Of a stretch of 64,000 nucleotides of DNA, positions 63,774 to 64,000 are shown piece after piece (the stretch's first letter is position 1; every line of letters begins with the position of its first letter). The DNA lies in NCBI RefSeq assembly GCF_001194135.2, contig NC_068989.1, positions 73,320,598-73,384,597 on the forward strand. The letters are read 5' to 3'. The notes under the pieces were generated by a model. It ran no database searches and was not told the origin of the DNA. It worked only from the letters and a program-made list of their open reading frames with translations. The position numbers and the translations under genes were made by a program. Source of the DNA: Octopus bimaculoides (taxonomy: Eukaryota).

Positions 63774-64000
63774 TGTTGGCACTCCGTCGCTTACGTCATG
63801 GGTTCCAGTTGATCCGATCAACAGAACAGCCTGCTCGTGAAATTAACGTGCAAGTGGCTGAGCACTCCACAGACACGTGTACCCTTAACGTAGTTCTCGA
63901 GGATATTCAGCGTGACACAGTGTGACAAGGCTGACCCTTTGAATTACAGGTACAACAGAAACAGGAAGAGTGAGAGAAAGTTGTGGTGAAAGAGTACAGC
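63774..64000 (-). mobile_element. SINE family B copy, antisense; runs off the window end
   Basis: TGTTGGCACTCCGTCGCTTACG..GATCCGATCAAC..CCCTTAACGTAGTTCTC..GACAAGGCTGACCCTTTGAATTACAGG is the reverse complement of the B 3' module. Confidence 0.92.

Larger units (their letters stand above)
16240..64000 (+). other. Inferred ACER3 intron 1, extending past the window end unless exon 2 is inside a gap
   Basis: Canonical GTAAGT donor. By eye I found no AG|GG-AAY-ACN (W-N-T) exon start and no GSWxFH or LLDELPM coding sequence downstream. Confidence 0.7.

Overview
AT-rich, repeat-dense eukaryotic DNA from a gapped draft scaffold (10 N-runs). The SINE, MITE and microsatellite landscape looks like a coleoid cephalopod, most likely Octopus; this is recognition from memory, not a database result. 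The only host coding sequence I can support was missed by the ORF track: coding exon 1 of an alkaline ceramidase (ACER3-like, + strand, 16128-16239, [37 protein letters not shown], ending at a GTAAGT donor). I found no later ACER3 exon, so 16240-64000 appears to be one very long first intron, unless exon 2 lies in a gap. The rest is transposon relics: a Ty3/gypsy-like RT fragment, a decayed Helitron with helicase and Rep pieces in reversed order, a decayed L1/Tx1-type ORF2, two RTE fragments, a non-autonomous Helitron with canonical ends, hAT/pogo/mariner/piggyBac-type MITEs, and at least four SINE-like families (labelled A-D here). Nearly all listed ORFs are translations of microsatellites or N-gaps. 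I do not see a convincing new multi-gene system. The best leads are: a CpG-erosion boundary that looks like a record of gene-body methylation; a perfect 28-bp hairpin upstream of ACER3; a candidate recursive splice site and an 11-copy array mimicking splice acceptors in the long intron; inverted repeat pairs that could form ADAR substrates; a chimeric SINE; and telomere-like repeats inside transposons. All alignments were done by eye, and repeat boundaries are approximate unless terminal repeats or TSDs are quoted.
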